The notes under the pieces: model-generated
Database searches by the model: none
The model's input: only the letters and a program-made list of their open reading frames with translations
What the model was told of the DNA's origin: nothing
In this document: positions 19,480 through 30,426 of the stretch, in pieces
Numbering within the stretch: position 1 is the stretch's first letter
Layout of the letters: every line of letters begins with the position of its first letter
Assembly: GCA_965223295.1 (NCBI GenBank)
Contig: CBDCWC010000003.1
Span: 1,248,001 to 1,312,000 of the forward strand
DNA length: 64,000 nt
Direction of reading: 5' to 3'
DNA from: Nitrospirales bacterium
GTDB lineage: Bacteria; Nitrospirota; Nitrospiria; Nitrospirales; UBA8639
Translations under genes and position numbers: made by a program

Positions 19480-19768
19480 GTTCCCATCATACCGAGCTCG
19501 TGGGCATGGGCTCAAGCGATCTCAACACGGAAGCTTGAATCTCAACAGACATTTGGATGGTCGAGGGCTCTAGTTTGGACTACAGAGCCTTTCGTCTTTC
19601 TCACCCATTTTCGCACGGGGGAGTCCAAACACAAGCGCTAGACAGAATCTAGGACTTTGCAGAAATAAAAGAGACAGATAACTCACGCACATGCATATTG
19701 CCAGACAGGAAGATGATTGTTCGTCGTTGTTTGGGCGGAGAGAATCATATAAATCCTAAAAAAACATG

Positions 19769-20755
19769 TCAGGCATATTCATGTTCTCGAAACCACTTGA
19801 TCGCTTTTTCAAGGGCTGTCATCACGGGTGTTTGCGGAAGGCCGAGCTCCTTTTGAGATTTGGAGCAATCATAATGCATACGATACTTCGCCATCCGCAC
19901 CCCTTCCAAGGGAATTCGCGGCGGTGCATGGGTGACGAAATCTGCAATCCATGTGTTAATGTGAGCTAAAGGCATGACCACATTCCAGGGTAACCGAACA
20001 CGTGGTGTGGGGATACCAGTTAATTGACTTAACATCTGACAGACCTCCCGAAGCATCAGGTTCTGATTCCCAAGAATATACCGCTCACCAATTCTGCCCT
20101 GCTCCATGGCTCGAACATGCCCCACCGCTACGTCGTCAACATCGACTAAATTCATCCCTGTATCCATATAGGCCAACATCCGTCCTTTCATAAAATCCAC
20201 AATAATTTTTCCGGTTGGCGTCGGTTTCACATCCCTGGCTCCTACGGGAGCGGTGGGATTGACAATGACTACCGGCAATCCATTTTTGGCCATGTTCAGA
20301 ACTTCTTGCTCTGCCAGAAATTTTGACCGTTTATAGTCTCCAGACAGTTGAGTCTCAGAAGGAAATAATCCTTCATGACCGACTCCCCCATCATTGGGCA
20401 AACCAATTGCTCCAATCGTACTGGTATACACCATACGTTCAACGCCCACTTCTTCGGCTGCACGAAAGAGATGTTTGGTCCCTTCCACGTTTACTTGATA
20501 GAAGATAGAAGGATCTTGAGCCCACAGAGCATAATGGGCCGCCACATGATACAGGCCTTGGCATCCAGTCAGAGCCTTTGTTAACGACGCAGGATCTTGC
20601 AAATCCCCTTCAACGGCTTCGATCGGTAGACCTTCTAAATTATTTCGATTGCTTGTCGCGCGAACGAGTACCCTGACATCATCACCTTTAGCGATGACAG
20701 CACGAGTCACCGCAGCGCCAATGAACCCTGAAGAGCCGGTAATAAGAACTTTCAT
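19769..20755 (-). CDS. hpnA: hopanoid-associated sugar epimerase / NAD-dependent dehydratase
   Basis: TGSSGFIG, HVAAHY, YKRSK, DVKPTPTG motifs. Confidence 0.8.
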   Translation of the reverse strand: MKVLITGSSGFIGAAVTRAVIAKGDDVRVLVRATSNRNNLEGLPIEAVEGDLQDPASLTKALTGCQGLYHVAAHYALWAQDPSIFYQVNVEGTKHLFRAAEEVGVERMVYTSTIGAIGLPNDGGVGHEGLFPSETQLSGDYKRSKFLAEQEVLNMAKNGLPVVIVNPTAPVGARDVKPTPTGKIIVDFMKGRMLAYMDTGMNLVDVDDVAVGHVRAMEQGRIGERYILGNQNLMLREVCQMLSQLTGIPTPRVRLPWNVVMPLAHINTWIADFVTHAPPRIPLEGVRMAKYRMHYDCSKSQKELGLPQTPVMTALEKAIKWFREHEYA

Positions 20756-20848
20756 ATGATGAGCGGATGAGATCTCAGACTAGAGAGCCAGGTTGCCATT
20801 GAACAAATGAATGGCAAAAAACAGAGAAGTTCAGAAGGTGAAATCAGC

Positions 20849-21739
20849 CTAATTTCGTCGCGACATAATATAGGAGGCAATATGTCGTAAGGGGTCAGCT
20901 TGATGATCAAATATTTGGAGTTGGTTGATGGCCCGTTCAACACATTCCTCACCTAGTTTTCGAGCGCCATCAATGCCGAAAAATGAAGGATAGGTTTGTT
21001 TCCCTCGCTTTTCATCAGTCCCGGCATCCTTGCCCAATTCCTCGCGCGTCCCGACCATATTCAGCACATCATCTGCGATTTGAAAAGCCAATCCGATATT
21101 TTCCGCATAGCCAGTCAAAGACGCCAATTGGGTGGAAGACGCTCCCCCGACAATTCCACCAATACGAACAGCGGCTCGAATCAATTGTCCTGTTTTATGG
21201 GAATGAATTTTTTGTAGGTGTTTAAGATCCACCTCTTGATTTTCAGCTTGAATATCCATCACCTGTCCGCCCACCATCCCTTGATGTCCTGAGCCATAGG
21301 CCAATTCTCGAACAATCTCGAGTTGTTGGCTCGGCGTGAAACCATTGGTGTCTTTATTTTGGCTGCACAGTTCAAACGCCATGGTGAGTAAGCCATCCCC
21401 TGCCAAAATCGCCATCCCATCTCCGTACACTTTATGATTCGTCAGGCGACCTCGTCGATAGTCATCATTATCCATGGCAGGCAAATCATCATGAATCAGA
21501 GAATAGGTGTGGACAAATTCCAAGGATGCCGCAAATGGCAGTACGGCATCGTGGTGATACCCCAGAGCTTGGGCTGCCGCGATGGTCAATATAGGACGAA
21601 CCCGTTTACCTCCGGCCAAGAGGCTATACCGCATGGATTCGTAAAGTTGTTGGGGGTCACACAATGTCTCGGGGAGGCTCTGCTCCAAGAAACGGTCTAC
21701 CCGCTCACGTTGTTGTTCTAAATACTGATGAATGTCCAC
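20849..21739 (-). CDS. ispA: farnesyl-diphosphate synthase (polyprenyl synthetase)
   Basis: GGKRVRP, HDDLPAMDNDDYRRG, FQIADD, GKDAGTD. Confidence 0.92.
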   Translation of the reverse strand: MDIHQYLEQQRERVDRFLEQSLPETLCDPQQLYESMRYSLLAGGKRVRPILTIAAAQALGYHHDAVLPFAASLEFVHTYSLIHDDLPAMDNDDYRRGRLTNHKVYGDGMAILAGDGLLTMAFELCSQNKDTNGFTPSQQLEIVRELAYGSGHQGMVGGQVMDIQAENQEVDLKHLQKIHSHKTGQLIRAAVRIGGIVGGASSTQLASLTGYAENIGLAFQIADDVLNMVGTREELGKDAGTDEKRGKQTYPSFFGIDGARKLGEECVERAINQLQIFDHQADPLRHIASYIMSRRN

Positions 21740-22124
21740 AGAAGAGTGAAAAGAGATGAAAAAAGGCTAGGAAATCGTTGAAGACCCTATCAAAAGAATT
21801 TTTTGTGGTCAAACAGTGAGAGTGATCAATGGTGAAGCGGAAAATGAAAGACAACATGAAGAGAGCAGTACAATTGTCAGACTATCGTCCCTTCATACTA
21901 TCTGTTACATAGTCATTCCCGCCGGTAGTCAGCGGGAATCCATCTTGATTCTCCAAGATGAAGCACATTTCGTCAGGACAATGCTCCAATGTTGCCGGGC
22001 CGAGAACTGGCATTGCCAAAAACTACAGTGTTACGAAGGGTCAAGCGAAAAACTCTTTGAACAAATCCGTTACCAGCACTACTTATTTGTTTTCAACAAC
22101 CCCATCTCAGTATACTGTCCCTCT

Positions 22125-22412
22125 ATGAGCATTCGAAACCAAGCAGGAGAATGGGAGCCGTTGCTCCTTGGAATAGAACCTGAGTCTTGTGGAGTCTGCG
22201 GGAAAGGTCTCTATCGAAACTTTACGATGTTGCGGGGAGGATGGTCTCGATGCAGTCTGTGTGAACGCTTTGTGCATTACAGTTGTCTAGCCAGCGGAAA
22301 AATTTCGTATCTCAAACGTCGCCCGCGAGTTTGCCAAGACTGTGACTCGACCGTGCCAACTTCTGCTTCCGGCAATCCTACCTCAGTCGCGGCATCTGAA
22401 AACCAATCATGA
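22125..22412 (+). CDS. C4HC3 cross-brace zinc-finger protein (FYVE/PHD-like)
   Basis: C-x2-C-x17-C-x2-C-x4-H-x2-C-x15-C-x2-C; likely start at ATG 22125 (track extends to GTG 21816). Confidence 0.65.
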   Translation: MSIRNQAGEWEPLLLGIEPESCGVCGKGLYRNFTMLRGGWSRCSLCERFVHYSCLASGKISYLKRRPRVCQDCDSTVPTSASGNPTSVAASENQS

Positions 22413-22741
22413 ACAATTCTGAATTGTCTGTCCCACAACCCATGGGATCAAACAAATTTTCCACCCTTTTTCTCTACTACATACTCTCGCCCCTACTCTG
22501 TGCCTTTAGTGGGTTTCACCTGACCAGTTATCTGCTGGTTGGGTTGTACACGTGGCCTCGGACGAGTCGAACGATTGTGCTCACCATAGGCACGATCATT
22601 TTTGTCTATGAATTTATCTATAAGAGCCAGCTTCCAAAATTTGCATCGGGTAAATGTTGGTCTCAAGGCAAATGTGTTCTCTATACCTCAGTGATTCCTT
22701 TTCTGTGTGGGATCGCTTTATTCTTCGTGGCATTGGCCTAA
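22409..22741 (+). CDS. small 3-TM membrane protein
   Basis: Three hydrophobic segments; ATGA overlap with the zinc-finger gene. Confidence 0.7.
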   Translation: MNNSELSVPQPMGSNKFSTLFLYYILSPLLCAFSGFHLTSYLLVGLYTWPRTSRTIVLTIGTIIFVYEFIYKSQLPKFASGKCWSQGKCVLYTSVIPFLCGIALFFVALA

Positions 22742-22814
22742 GTGCAGACTAGACACTGCTGCTTTCAGGGAGAAGCAGTTATCCCTTTATTATTTTTGCA
22801 GGGAGGACACGTAG

Positions 22815-22994
22815 ATGAAAAACGTGGAATTAACTGTTGATGGGACGATCTTGACGATTAAGGTCGATCTCACCAAGGATTTTGGTCCTTCCTCATCGGG
22901 GAAAACCACCATAATTGCTTCGACAGAGGGAAATGTTTCCATTCCCAACCGGGAAGAAAAAATTGGACTGAATATTTACAAGAAAAAATCCTAG
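22815..22994 (+). CDS. 59-aa hypothetical protein (not in the ORF track)
   Basis: [69 protein letters not shown] at 22801-22807. Confidence 0.8.
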   Translation: MKNVELTVDGTILTIKVDLTKDFGPSSSGKTTIIASTEGNVSIPNREEKIGLNIYKKKS

Positions 22995-25510
22995 GCCCCT
23001 TGGTGAGATTGACATTCCTCCGATAATACTTGCCCCGTCCTTGAGTCCTTGACTCCCATCACAGTTTCAGGAGTTCCTTCGGCCACAATTTTTCCGCCTT
23101 GGTCTCCACCCTCGGGTCCCAAATCAATAAGCCAATCAGCATTCCGTATCACGTCAGTATTGTGTTCTATGACCAAGACGGTATTGCCAGCCTCTACCAA
23201 TCGGTCCAGTACATCGAGTAGTCGCTGAATGTCCACAAAATGTAGGCCCGTGGTGGGTTCATCTAGGATATAGAGTGTTCGTCCAGTCGGGCGTTTGGAC
23301 AACTCTTTGGAAAGTTTAATACGCTGCGCTTCACCGCCTGATAAGGTCGTGGCTGATTGCCCGAGCTTGATATAATGAAGCCCAACGTCAGAAAGAGTTT
23401 GCAGTCGGGCCCGAATAGGGGGAATATTGATAAAAAATTCTAACGCTTCAGCGACGGTCATATTCAACACTTCGGCAATGGTTTGCCCTTTGTACCTCAC
23501 ATCTAAGGTTTCCCGGTTATATCGATGCCCCGCACAGGCTTCGCAGGTCACATAAATATCCGGCAGGAAATGCATTTCAATTTTGATTAATCCGTCACCC
23601 TGACATGCTTCGCATCGTCCGCCTTTGACATTAAAGCTGTACCGCCCCGGTTTATAGCCCCTGACGCGCGACTCTGGTAACTGAGCAAACACGTCACGAA
23701 TAAAACTAAAGAGCCCGGTGTAGGTGGCAGGATTTGAACGCGGGGTTCGTCCGATTGGTGATTGATCAATATCAATGAGTTTATCGATGTGTTGAAGCCC
23801 CTTTATGGTTCGGCATCCTTCAAAGACCGGTTTTTTTTGTGCAAACCCTTTTCCTAACGATCGAAACAACACATCGATCACGAGAGTACTTTTTCCTGAC
23901 CCCGATACACCTGTGACACATGTCAGCACTCCTAATGGGATACTGACGGTGACATTTTGCAGATTGTGTTTATTGGCTCCAATCACCGACAACACAGCTC
24001 TTGCCTGTCGTGCACGTTGAGGAAGAGAAATGCAACGAGTCCCATTTAGATATTGGCCTGTCAGTGATTCTCGATGGGCCATAATGACCGAGGGAGGACC
24101 ATGAGCCACGAGCTCTCCACCTTCCACTCCAGCCCCTGGCCCCAGGTCCAGCACATAGTCAGCGGCTCTCATTGTCTCAGCATCATGCTCGACCACCACG
24201 ATGGTATTGCCCATGTCTCGTAACCGGAGAAGGGTCTGCAACAACCGCTGATGATCACGTTGGTGTAACCCAATACTTGGTTCATCTAAAATGTAGAGTA
24301 CGCCGACAAGTCCCGACCCGATTTGTGTGGCCAATCGGATCCGTTGGCCTTCCCCGCCGGAAAGTGTGGCGGAGGGACGATTTAATGTCAGGTAGCTCAA
24401 CCCCACATTGTCCAAAAATTCCAGTCGCTCCCGAATTTCCTTCAGCACACGCTGGCCAATTAACTGTTCCCGTTCAGTGAGCGTCAGGCCAATAAGAAAA
24501 TCCAAAATCTTTCTGACAGACAACTGAGTAATGTCTGCTATTGACTGCCCGCCAATTTTTATGGATAAACTTTCTTGTTTGAGTCGCCCCCCTCTGCACA
24601 GATCACAGGGGGTTTCAAACGTCCACTCTTCTTTGTCAGGATATCCCGCCGCTTCATATCCGATGCCATCGCAGGCAGGGCATGCTCCATGTGGACTGTT
24701 AAAAGAAAACACCCTGGGTGTAATTTCTGAATAGCTGACTCCACATTGAATACAGGCGAGTTGTTCGCTATACAGGCGCACCTGTTCATCTTCCGTCAGC
24801 ACACCCACCAGCCCTTGGGTCATCTTGAGCGTCGTTTCCACGGATTCGGCTAACCGCCTTGCTACTCCGGTCTCGGCTTTGACGATGAGACGGTCGATGA
24901 TAATCTCGATGGTATGTTTTCGCTGCTTATGAAGACTGATCGATTCGCTGAGATCACGAAGAACTCCATCAATACGAGCTCGGATAAATCCAGCTTTTCG
25001 TGCTGCCAGTAATTCTTTTCGATATTCACCTTTTCGTCCACGGACAATAGGGGCAAGAATTTGGATCTTGGATCCCTGTGGAAGTCCAAGAATCGCATCC
25101 ACGATTTGTTGAACCGTTTGAGCCGAAATAGGGTTGCCGCATGCATAACAAAAAGGGTGTCCAATTCTGGCAAATAGCAATCGAAAGTAATCATAAACTT
25201 CGGTCACAGTTCCGACAGTTGAACGAGGATTGTGGCTGGTTGTTTTTTGTTCAATAGAAATGGCTGGAGAAAGTCCTTCAATGGCGTCGACATCCGGTTT
25301 CGTCATTTGTTCAAGAAACTGCCGGGCATAGGCCGACAGCGATTCCACGTATCGTCGCTGCCCTTCGGCGTAAATGGTGTCGAAGGCTAAAGAAGATTTG
25401 CCCGACCCACTTAATCCCGTAATAACGATGAGTTGATCGCGGGGAATAACGAGATCTAAATTTTTAAGGTTGTGCTGGCGTGCGCCCTTAATGACAATAG
25501 CATTCTGCAT
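22991..25510 (-). CDS. uvrA: excinuclease ABC subunit A
   Basis: GLSGSGKS and GVSGSGKS Walker A, two LSGGE signatures, Zn modules. Confidence 0.97.
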   Translation of the reverse strand: MQNAIVIKGARQHNLKNLDLVIPRDQLIVITGLSGSGKSSLAFDTIYAEGQRRYVESLSAYARQFLEQMTKPDVDAIEGLSPAISIEQKTTSHNPRSTVGTVTEVYDYFRLLFARIGHPFCYACGNPISAQTVQQIVDAILGLPQGSKIQILAPIVRGRKGEYRKELLAARKAGFIRARIDGVLRDLSESISLHKQRKHTIEIIIDRLIVKAETGVARRLAESVETTLKMTQGLVGVLTEDEQVRLYSEQLACIQCGVSYSEITPRVFSFNSPHGACPACDGIGYEAAGYPDKEEWTFETPCDLCRGGRLKQESLSIKIGGQSIADITQLSVRKILDFLIGLTLTEREQLIGQRVLKEIRERLEFLDNVGLSYLTLNRPSATLSGGEGQRIRLATQIGSGLVGVLYILDEPSIGLHQRDHQRLLQTLLRLRDMGNTIVVVEHDAETMRAADYVLDLGPGAGVEGGELVAHGPPSVIMAHRESLTGQYLNGTRCISLPQRARQARAVLSVIGANKHNLQNVTVSIPLGVLTCVTGVSGSGKSTLVIDVLFRSLGKGFAQKKPVFEGCRTIKGLQHIDKLIDIDQSPIGRTPRSNPATYTGLFSFIRDVFAQLPESRVRGYKPGRYSFNVKGGRCEACQGDGLIKIEMHFLPDIYVTCEACAGHRYNRETLDVRYKGQTIAEVLNMTVAEALEFFINIPPIRARLQTLSDVGLHYIKLGQSATTLSGGEAQRIKLSKELSKRPTGRTLYILDEPTTGLHFVDIQRLLDVLDRLVEAGNTVLVIEHNTDVIRNADWLIDLGPEGGDQGGKIVAEGTPETVMGVKDSRTGQVLSEECQSHQGA

Positions 25511-25568
25511 GGACGGCGATTATATCATAAGAGATATCAGGGCCCAGGCCCTGGGGAACAAATCAGAA

Positions 25569-25609
25569 TTGACCCTCCAATGAAGGGTCGGATACAATCT
25601 TTTTGTATC
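25569..25609 (+). promoter_or_regulatory. sigma70 promoter overlapped by two palindromes
   Basis: TTGACC-18 bp-TACAAT; GACCCT-N7-AGGGTC and GATACAA-N5-TTGTATC overlap the -35 and -10. Confidence 0.5.
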
Positions 25610-25693
25610 GTTATTTCAAAAAATAAATAAAAAATTCTTTCACTATCATTTCATCCCCCCTATTTTATCTCCCTTTATATCAAGAGGAATTTC

Positions 25694-26251
25694 ATGAAGA
25701 ATGTTAAACGCATTTGTCTGTGGTCAGGGGTGATCCTTGCGTTGTCTCTCCTGGTAGATGGTCCGTCTCTCTGGGCTGCAAAATATGAATTGACTCGAAA
25801 TAGTATCGAAAACGTCAAGGATGTGGATGCCAAGGATATATCCCTGTATCGTGTCAAGTTAGGGGATCCGGAAATACAAGCCGTGGAGTCATTGGTTGAA
25901 CAACGGTTGCCAGGGGTACGAGCTGAGCAAGAAGGGACCTTTATTTTGTTGTGGGATAAAGAAAATCCCACTGGTGCTATGGCTGGAGTTCGCATTATAG
26001 ATGGCAAAGTGGATCTGATTTTCATTAATAATCGATTTGGCCATAAGGTTCGCGGCATCTTTCGACATGTTTTGGGAGCTTCAACTTTGAAGGAAATACG
26101 TGATCTTTTGGGTCCCGAAGATTTTCCAAACGAAACCCTGATGGGGGCCAAACTTTTATATGAGCAAAAGGGATTTCTTGTGAATTTTCTCGATCGACAG
26201 GTAAATGTTGAATTTTGTTTGGGTTGCCAAGATCTCTTTTCGGGATTCTAG
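25694..26251 (+). CDS. secreted hypothetical protein
   Basis: 185 aa, signal peptide, GAGG RBS. Confidence 0.75.
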   Translation: MKNVKRICLWSGVILALSLLVDGPSLWAAKYELTRNSIENVKDVDAKDISLYRVKLGDPEIQAVESLVEQRLPGVRAEQEGTFILLWDKENPTGAMAGVRIIDGKVDLIFINNRFGHKVRGIFRHVLGASTLKEIRDLLGPEDFPNETLMGAKLLYEQKGFLVNFLDRQVNVEFCLGCQDLFSGF

Positions 26252-26390
26252 GTTCCAACGCCAAGTTCTCGATCTCATTTCGGTAGCATTTCTCTTTCGT
26301 GGTTCTTCTCTCCAACAAGGGGAGGGCTCCCTTTGTTCTCGCCTATATCGTTGACCATTTCTGCGAGTATTTCTTAAAGACCATCGGTCC

Positions 26391-27404
26391 ATGGAAGATC
26401 GCATACTCTCCACTCATAGTCTCGAAGAAGAACAGAGCCTTGAAGGAACGCTTCGCCCACAGCAGTTGGCCGAGTATATTGGTCAGGCACGTATGAAGGA
26501 ATCACTTCGTGTCTGCATTGATGCTGCACTTGGACGTGGTGAAGCATTAGACCACGCTATTTTTTATGGTCCACCAGGATTAGGGAAAACCACGATTGCT
26601 CATATTATTGCCAAAGAAATGGGCGGGACCATCCGGTCGACTTCGGGTTTGGTTTTGACTCATGCAGGAGATCTTGCTGCGATATTGTCGAACCTTCAAC
26701 CACGAGATGTCTTATTCATTGATGAAATTCATCGCTTGCCTCCTGCTGCTGAGGAAGCTCTCTATCCTGCGATGGAGGATTATCAAATTGATTTAGTCAT
26801 TGGGCAAGGTCCTTCCCTGCGCACCATGAAGCTAGACCTCCCCTCATTTACTCTCATTGGAGCTACGACTCGTGCTGGTGCGCTCACCTCTCCTCTTCGA
26901 GAACGCTTTGGATTAGTCTATCGCTTAGATTTTTACCAACCGGAAGAATTACAAGTGATCATTGCTCGATCGGCAGGTTTATTGAATGTGCAGATCGACG
27001 ATGAGGCCGCCGGCGAAATTGCGAGAAGGGCTCGTGGCACCCCCCGTATTGCCAATCGTCTCATCAAACGGGTTCGGGATTTTGCGGAAGTGAAAGCGCA
27101 AGGGCACATCACCAAATCTGTAGCACAAGAAGCCTTACAATGGTTGGGAGTGGATCAAGCAGGATTTGACGAAATGGATCGAAAAATTTTATTAACTATC
27201 ATCGAAAAATTTAAAGGTGGTCCAGTGGGCATCGAGGCTTTGGCGGCTTCCGTCCAGGAAGAAAAGTCTACGTTAGAAGATGTGCATGAACCTTATCTTC
27301 TTCAGGCAGGATATCTTGACCGGACAGCCCGGGGACGTCAAATTACTCAAAAAGCCTTACAACATTTCGGGAAAAGCTCTGACCTGTTTCCCATCCATCT
27401 CTAA
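26391..27404 (+). CDS. ruvB: Holliday junction branch migration helicase RuvB
   Basis: [41 protein letters not shown]. Confidence 0.97.
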   Translation: MEDRILSTHSLEEEQSLEGTLRPQQLAEYIGQARMKESLRVCIDAALGRGEALDHAIFYGPPGLGKTTIAHIIAKEMGGTIRSTSGLVLTHAGDLAAILSNLQPRDVLFIDEIHRLPPAAEEALYPAMEDYQIDLVIGQGPSLRTMKLDLPSFTLIGATTRAGALTSPLRERFGLVYRLDFYQPEELQVIIARSAGLLNVQIDDEAAGEIARRARGTPRIANRLIKRVRDFAEVKAQGHITKSVAQEALQWLGVDQAGFDEMDRKILLTIIEKFKGGPVGIEALAASVQEEKSTLEDVHEPYLLQAGYLDRTARGRQITQKALQHFGKSSDLFPIHL

Positions 27405-27539
27405 AAGATTTTCGTTTCTCTGAGAACTCTTGCCTTCTCTCTTCCTTCACGAGACGTTTCCCCTCCATTTGGCCTATTGAGGCAGTAAGAATTTCCAGTA
27501 TACAGTAGAAATGTTCTCAAACATTCCATTCAGTTAAAG

Positions 27540-28022
27540 TTGCTCATGAACCGTTCTCTCCTCAACCACAATTCTTCAAGATATCTTAAACGTGAAAGTT
27601 TATTGCTATGGAGATTTTCTTGCCAGATGACCTTGATGATACTTCTAGGTTTCCTGTTCTTCATCCAACCAGTTCATGCTGCCGAATCATCTATGAGTAT
27701 TGTGGACACATGGGTGGAAGATGGATACCTGTTTCATGTGGTGTTTGAAGGGCAACCTGCGAATGCTAGTTGTGAGTTAGAAGGGGAAGGCCTTATCGAA
27801 TTTGAAGTCGCATTCGATGCGCAGACTACCAGTGGATTCAACTCGGTCTTTGGAGTTGCGGTCTGGTATCCAACTTCACATTCGTATAGTGTCATTGAAA
27901 CAGCTGGTAAAGCTATCGGCCCGCAAGCCTTGTGTACGGAATTTTCTCCCTGTCATATTCAAGAAGTTAATATTGTCAAAACGTGGTGTCCAGTCACAGA
28001 TGGTCCGTTGTTTTCCCAATAA
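27540..28022 (+). CDS. secreted Cys-containing hypothetical protein
   Basis: Signal-like segment ending VHA; true start may be later (27627). Confidence 0.6.
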   Translation: MLMNRSLLNHNSSRYLKRESLLLWRFSCQMTLMILLGFLFFIQPVHAAESSMSIVDTWVEDGYLFHVVFEGQPANASCELEGEGLIEFEVAFDAQTTSGFNSVFGVAVWYPTSHSYSVIETAGKAIGPQALCTEFSPCHIQEVNIVKTWCPVTDGPLFSQ

Positions 28023-28060
28023 TATCGTGTTCGTCAAATAGGACTCTAAGTATCTGCACT

Positions 28061-29233
28061 TCACCCTACCTTTTCTCGCTTCAACGTTTGTAACCGTTCA
28101 CAGGCCACATCTAAAGCTTCATCTGTTTTAGCAAAACTGAAACGAATATAGGAGGCCCCCTTCTCTCCTTCAAAAAAGGCTTCCCCTGGGACCCCGGCCA
28201 CCCCCGTCTTTTCTAAGATAAACATGGCCCGTTCTTTGCCGGTTCGACCTGGTACATGACTCACATCGGCTAACACATAATACGCCCCTTGAGGAATTGA
28301 AGGAGCCAGGCCGACATTTTGTAAGACTGCACAAAACAGGTCACGTTTATGCTGAAACGATTGTTGTAATTGATCATAAAATTCAGACTTTAATGTCCGA
28401 ATGCCCAGAGCCACGCCATATTGCAGGGGCGCTGGCGCACAGACATAGACCAGATCATTCATGGCCCCGATCATCGCGGTCCACCTTGGAGCGGCAACAG
28501 CATGACCAATCCTCCAACCTGTAATGCTAAAAGTTTTCGAATATCCAGAAATGGTAATAGTTCGGTCAGCCAAAGCAGGTAGAGCAGCCATACTCATATG
28601 CGATCTATTCTCATAGACAAAATATTCATAGATCTCATCGGTAAAGATAAACAGATCATGATGTTTGGCGATATCCCCAATGGCTTGAAGTTCCTCAAGG
28701 GAAAATATTTTTCCTGATGGATTGGCTGGTGTATTCACGACAATGACTTTGGTGCGGGGAGTGATGGCTTGTTCTAGGTCGTCTATTGACAGACTCCAAT
28801 CTCCCCCTTTCAATGAGACGACCTTGGGAACGGCGTCAACTGCGAGGATTGTACTGACATGATAGCCATAATAGGGTTCGAACAGAACGACTTCATCTCC
28901 TGGTTGGAGCAGTGCCATACAGACACAATGAAACGCTCCGGTAGCTCCTGCACTCACAGTGATGTCGGTTTCGGGATTGGCCGTGATGTGATTGAATGTT
29001 TTTAGGCGTTGAGCCAGTGCCTGCCGCAGTTCGGCGAGCCCATCAAAACGGGTATAGGTATTGAAGCCCCGATCCATTGCCTGTTTCGCGGCTTCAAGCA
29101 CCGGCGAAGGAACTCCAGTGTCGCACACGCCTTGAGCCATGTTGATTCCCTGCTGTTGAGTGCATGCCAATGTCATAGCTCGAATCTCAGATTGCACGAG
29201 TCCAGCTAATCGCTGATTTTCATGACGCGTCAT
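28061..29233 (-). CDS. class I/II PLP-dependent aminotransferase
   Basis: NTPANPSG, DEIYE, SKTFSITGWRIG. Confidence 0.92.
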   Translation of the reverse strand: MTRHENQRLAGLVQSEIRAMTLACTQQQGINMAQGVCDTGVPSPVLEAAKQAMDRGFNTYTRFDGLAELRQALAQRLKTFNHITANPETDITVSAGATGAFHCVCMALLQPGDEVVLFEPYYGYHVSTILAVDAVPKVVSLKGGDWSLSIDDLEQAITPRTKVIVVNTPANPSGKIFSLEELQAIGDIAKHHDLFIFTDEIYEYFVYENRSHMSMAALPALADRTITISGYSKTFSITGWRIGHAVAAPRWTAMIGAMNDLVYVCAPAPLQYGVALGIRTLKSEFYDQLQQSFQHKRDLFCAVLQNVGLAPSIPQGAYYVLADVSHVPGRTGKERAMFILEKTGVAGVPGEAFFEGEKGASYIRFSFAKTDEALDVACERLQTLKREKVG

Positions 29234-29347
29234 TTTCCTACCCTCTGTTGTCTTTCCTTGCTGCGAAAAGTTCTGTTGCCGTACACTGAACTATTACTAA
29301 TATAACGTTCATCCTATCGTTAATCCTCACAAGAAGGCGAGACAATC

Positions 29348-30256
29348 TTGTTCACAACCAGTAAAACGTTCATCTTTGTATCACTCACAAGTTTGTTTGC
29401 CTGCTTAGGAAGCGTGTTTATGAACCTAGAGTCGGCATGGGGAAGTATGGAGCCAGCACCTCCCGCTGTGGATTCTCATCTGCAAGGAATTGCCAATTTC
29501 GCCGAACCTTCGCCGATGGTCGAAATTTCAGAAGGCTGGTTTTTGATGGGGACGAACCGAGAAGATGGCACTCGTCACACGTTTGAAAAACACTATGATA
29601 ATACTGAGTTCCCGCGGCGTCGAATTTGGTTGGATGCCTATCAAATTGATCAATACGAAGTCTCACTTGGAGAATTCTTATCGTTTTTGCAAACGCAGGA
29701 TCGAACGATTTCCACTGAGTTACGAAATCTTATCTGGCATCTCATTAGTGTACACTTCATCCCAGATCAAGCTCTTGCCCCTTGGCCAGCTCTGTACGTG
29801 ACCTGGGAAGAAGCTCAGGATTTTTGTCTTCATTACGACAAACGCCTTCCTTCCGAAGCCGAGTGGGAAAAAGCTGCGAGGGGAACAACAGGAAATATTT
29901 TTCCTTGGGGCGAAAAAACCCCATCAGATACTATTGCTGTTTTTGGAGCGTATCATGTGCATGAGATTCCTTTGGTTGCTAACGTGGATAGCTTTCCAGA
30001 AGGGAAAAGCGAATGGGGAGTCTATCATTTGGCGGGAAACATTGCCGAATGGGTGCATGATTGGTTAGGACCAGACTACTATCCCATCATGCCGAAGCGA
30101 AATCCACCCGGACCTAAAGCAGGCCGCTATAAATCTGTGCGAGGAGGATCGTGGAAGAGTCTTCCGGTCATGCTTCGTGCCGCAACGCGTGGTGGAGCCT
30201 ATCCAGAAGAGCGATCACCCAATATCGGCTTCCGCTGCGCTAAATCTCTGCAATGA
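29348..30256 (+). CDS. FGE-sulfatase domain (SUMF1/EgtB/PvdO family) protein
   Basis: FLMG, RLPSEAEWEKAARG, GNIAEW, RGGSW, GFRCA; FGE catalytic Cys pair absent. Confidence 0.88.
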   Translation: MFTTSKTFIFVSLTSLFACLGSVFMNLESAWGSMEPAPPAVDSHLQGIANFAEPSPMVEISEGWFLMGTNREDGTRHTFEKHYDNTEFPRRRIWLDAYQIDQYEVSLGEFLSFLQTQDRTISTELRNLIWHLISVHFIPDQALAPWPALYVTWEEAQDFCLHYDKRLPSEAEWEKAARGTTGNIFPWGEKTPSDTIAVFGAYHVHEIPLVANVDSFPEGKSEWGVYHLAGNIAEWVHDWLGPDYYPIMPKRNPPGPKAGRYKSVRGGSWKSLPVMLRAATRGGAYPEERSPNIGFRCAKSLQ

Positions 30257-30426
30257 GTTGAATGCAGAGAAATAAAATGAAAATGGGTTTTAAAAATGAC
30301 TAAGGAAGAAAATACTTACGGAGAACTAGATGTTGAAGTAAGACAGGAGTCTTCTGTACTGATGAGATAGGGTTGGCACTCATAGGATTTTGTTTGACAG
30401 CTCTCGTACAGCTCGCACGAGCTAGT

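Noticed and set aside
21816-22124. 103-aa N-terminal extension of the zinc-finger ORF
   Set aside because: No recognisable features, lies in the divergent promoter region of ispA, and a TATACT -10-like hexamer sits just before ATG 22125; not fully excluded
29348-30256. Active formylglycine-generating enzyme
   Set aside because: The catalytic Cys pair after RGGS is absent and no sulfatase is adjacent; called as an FGE-fold protein only
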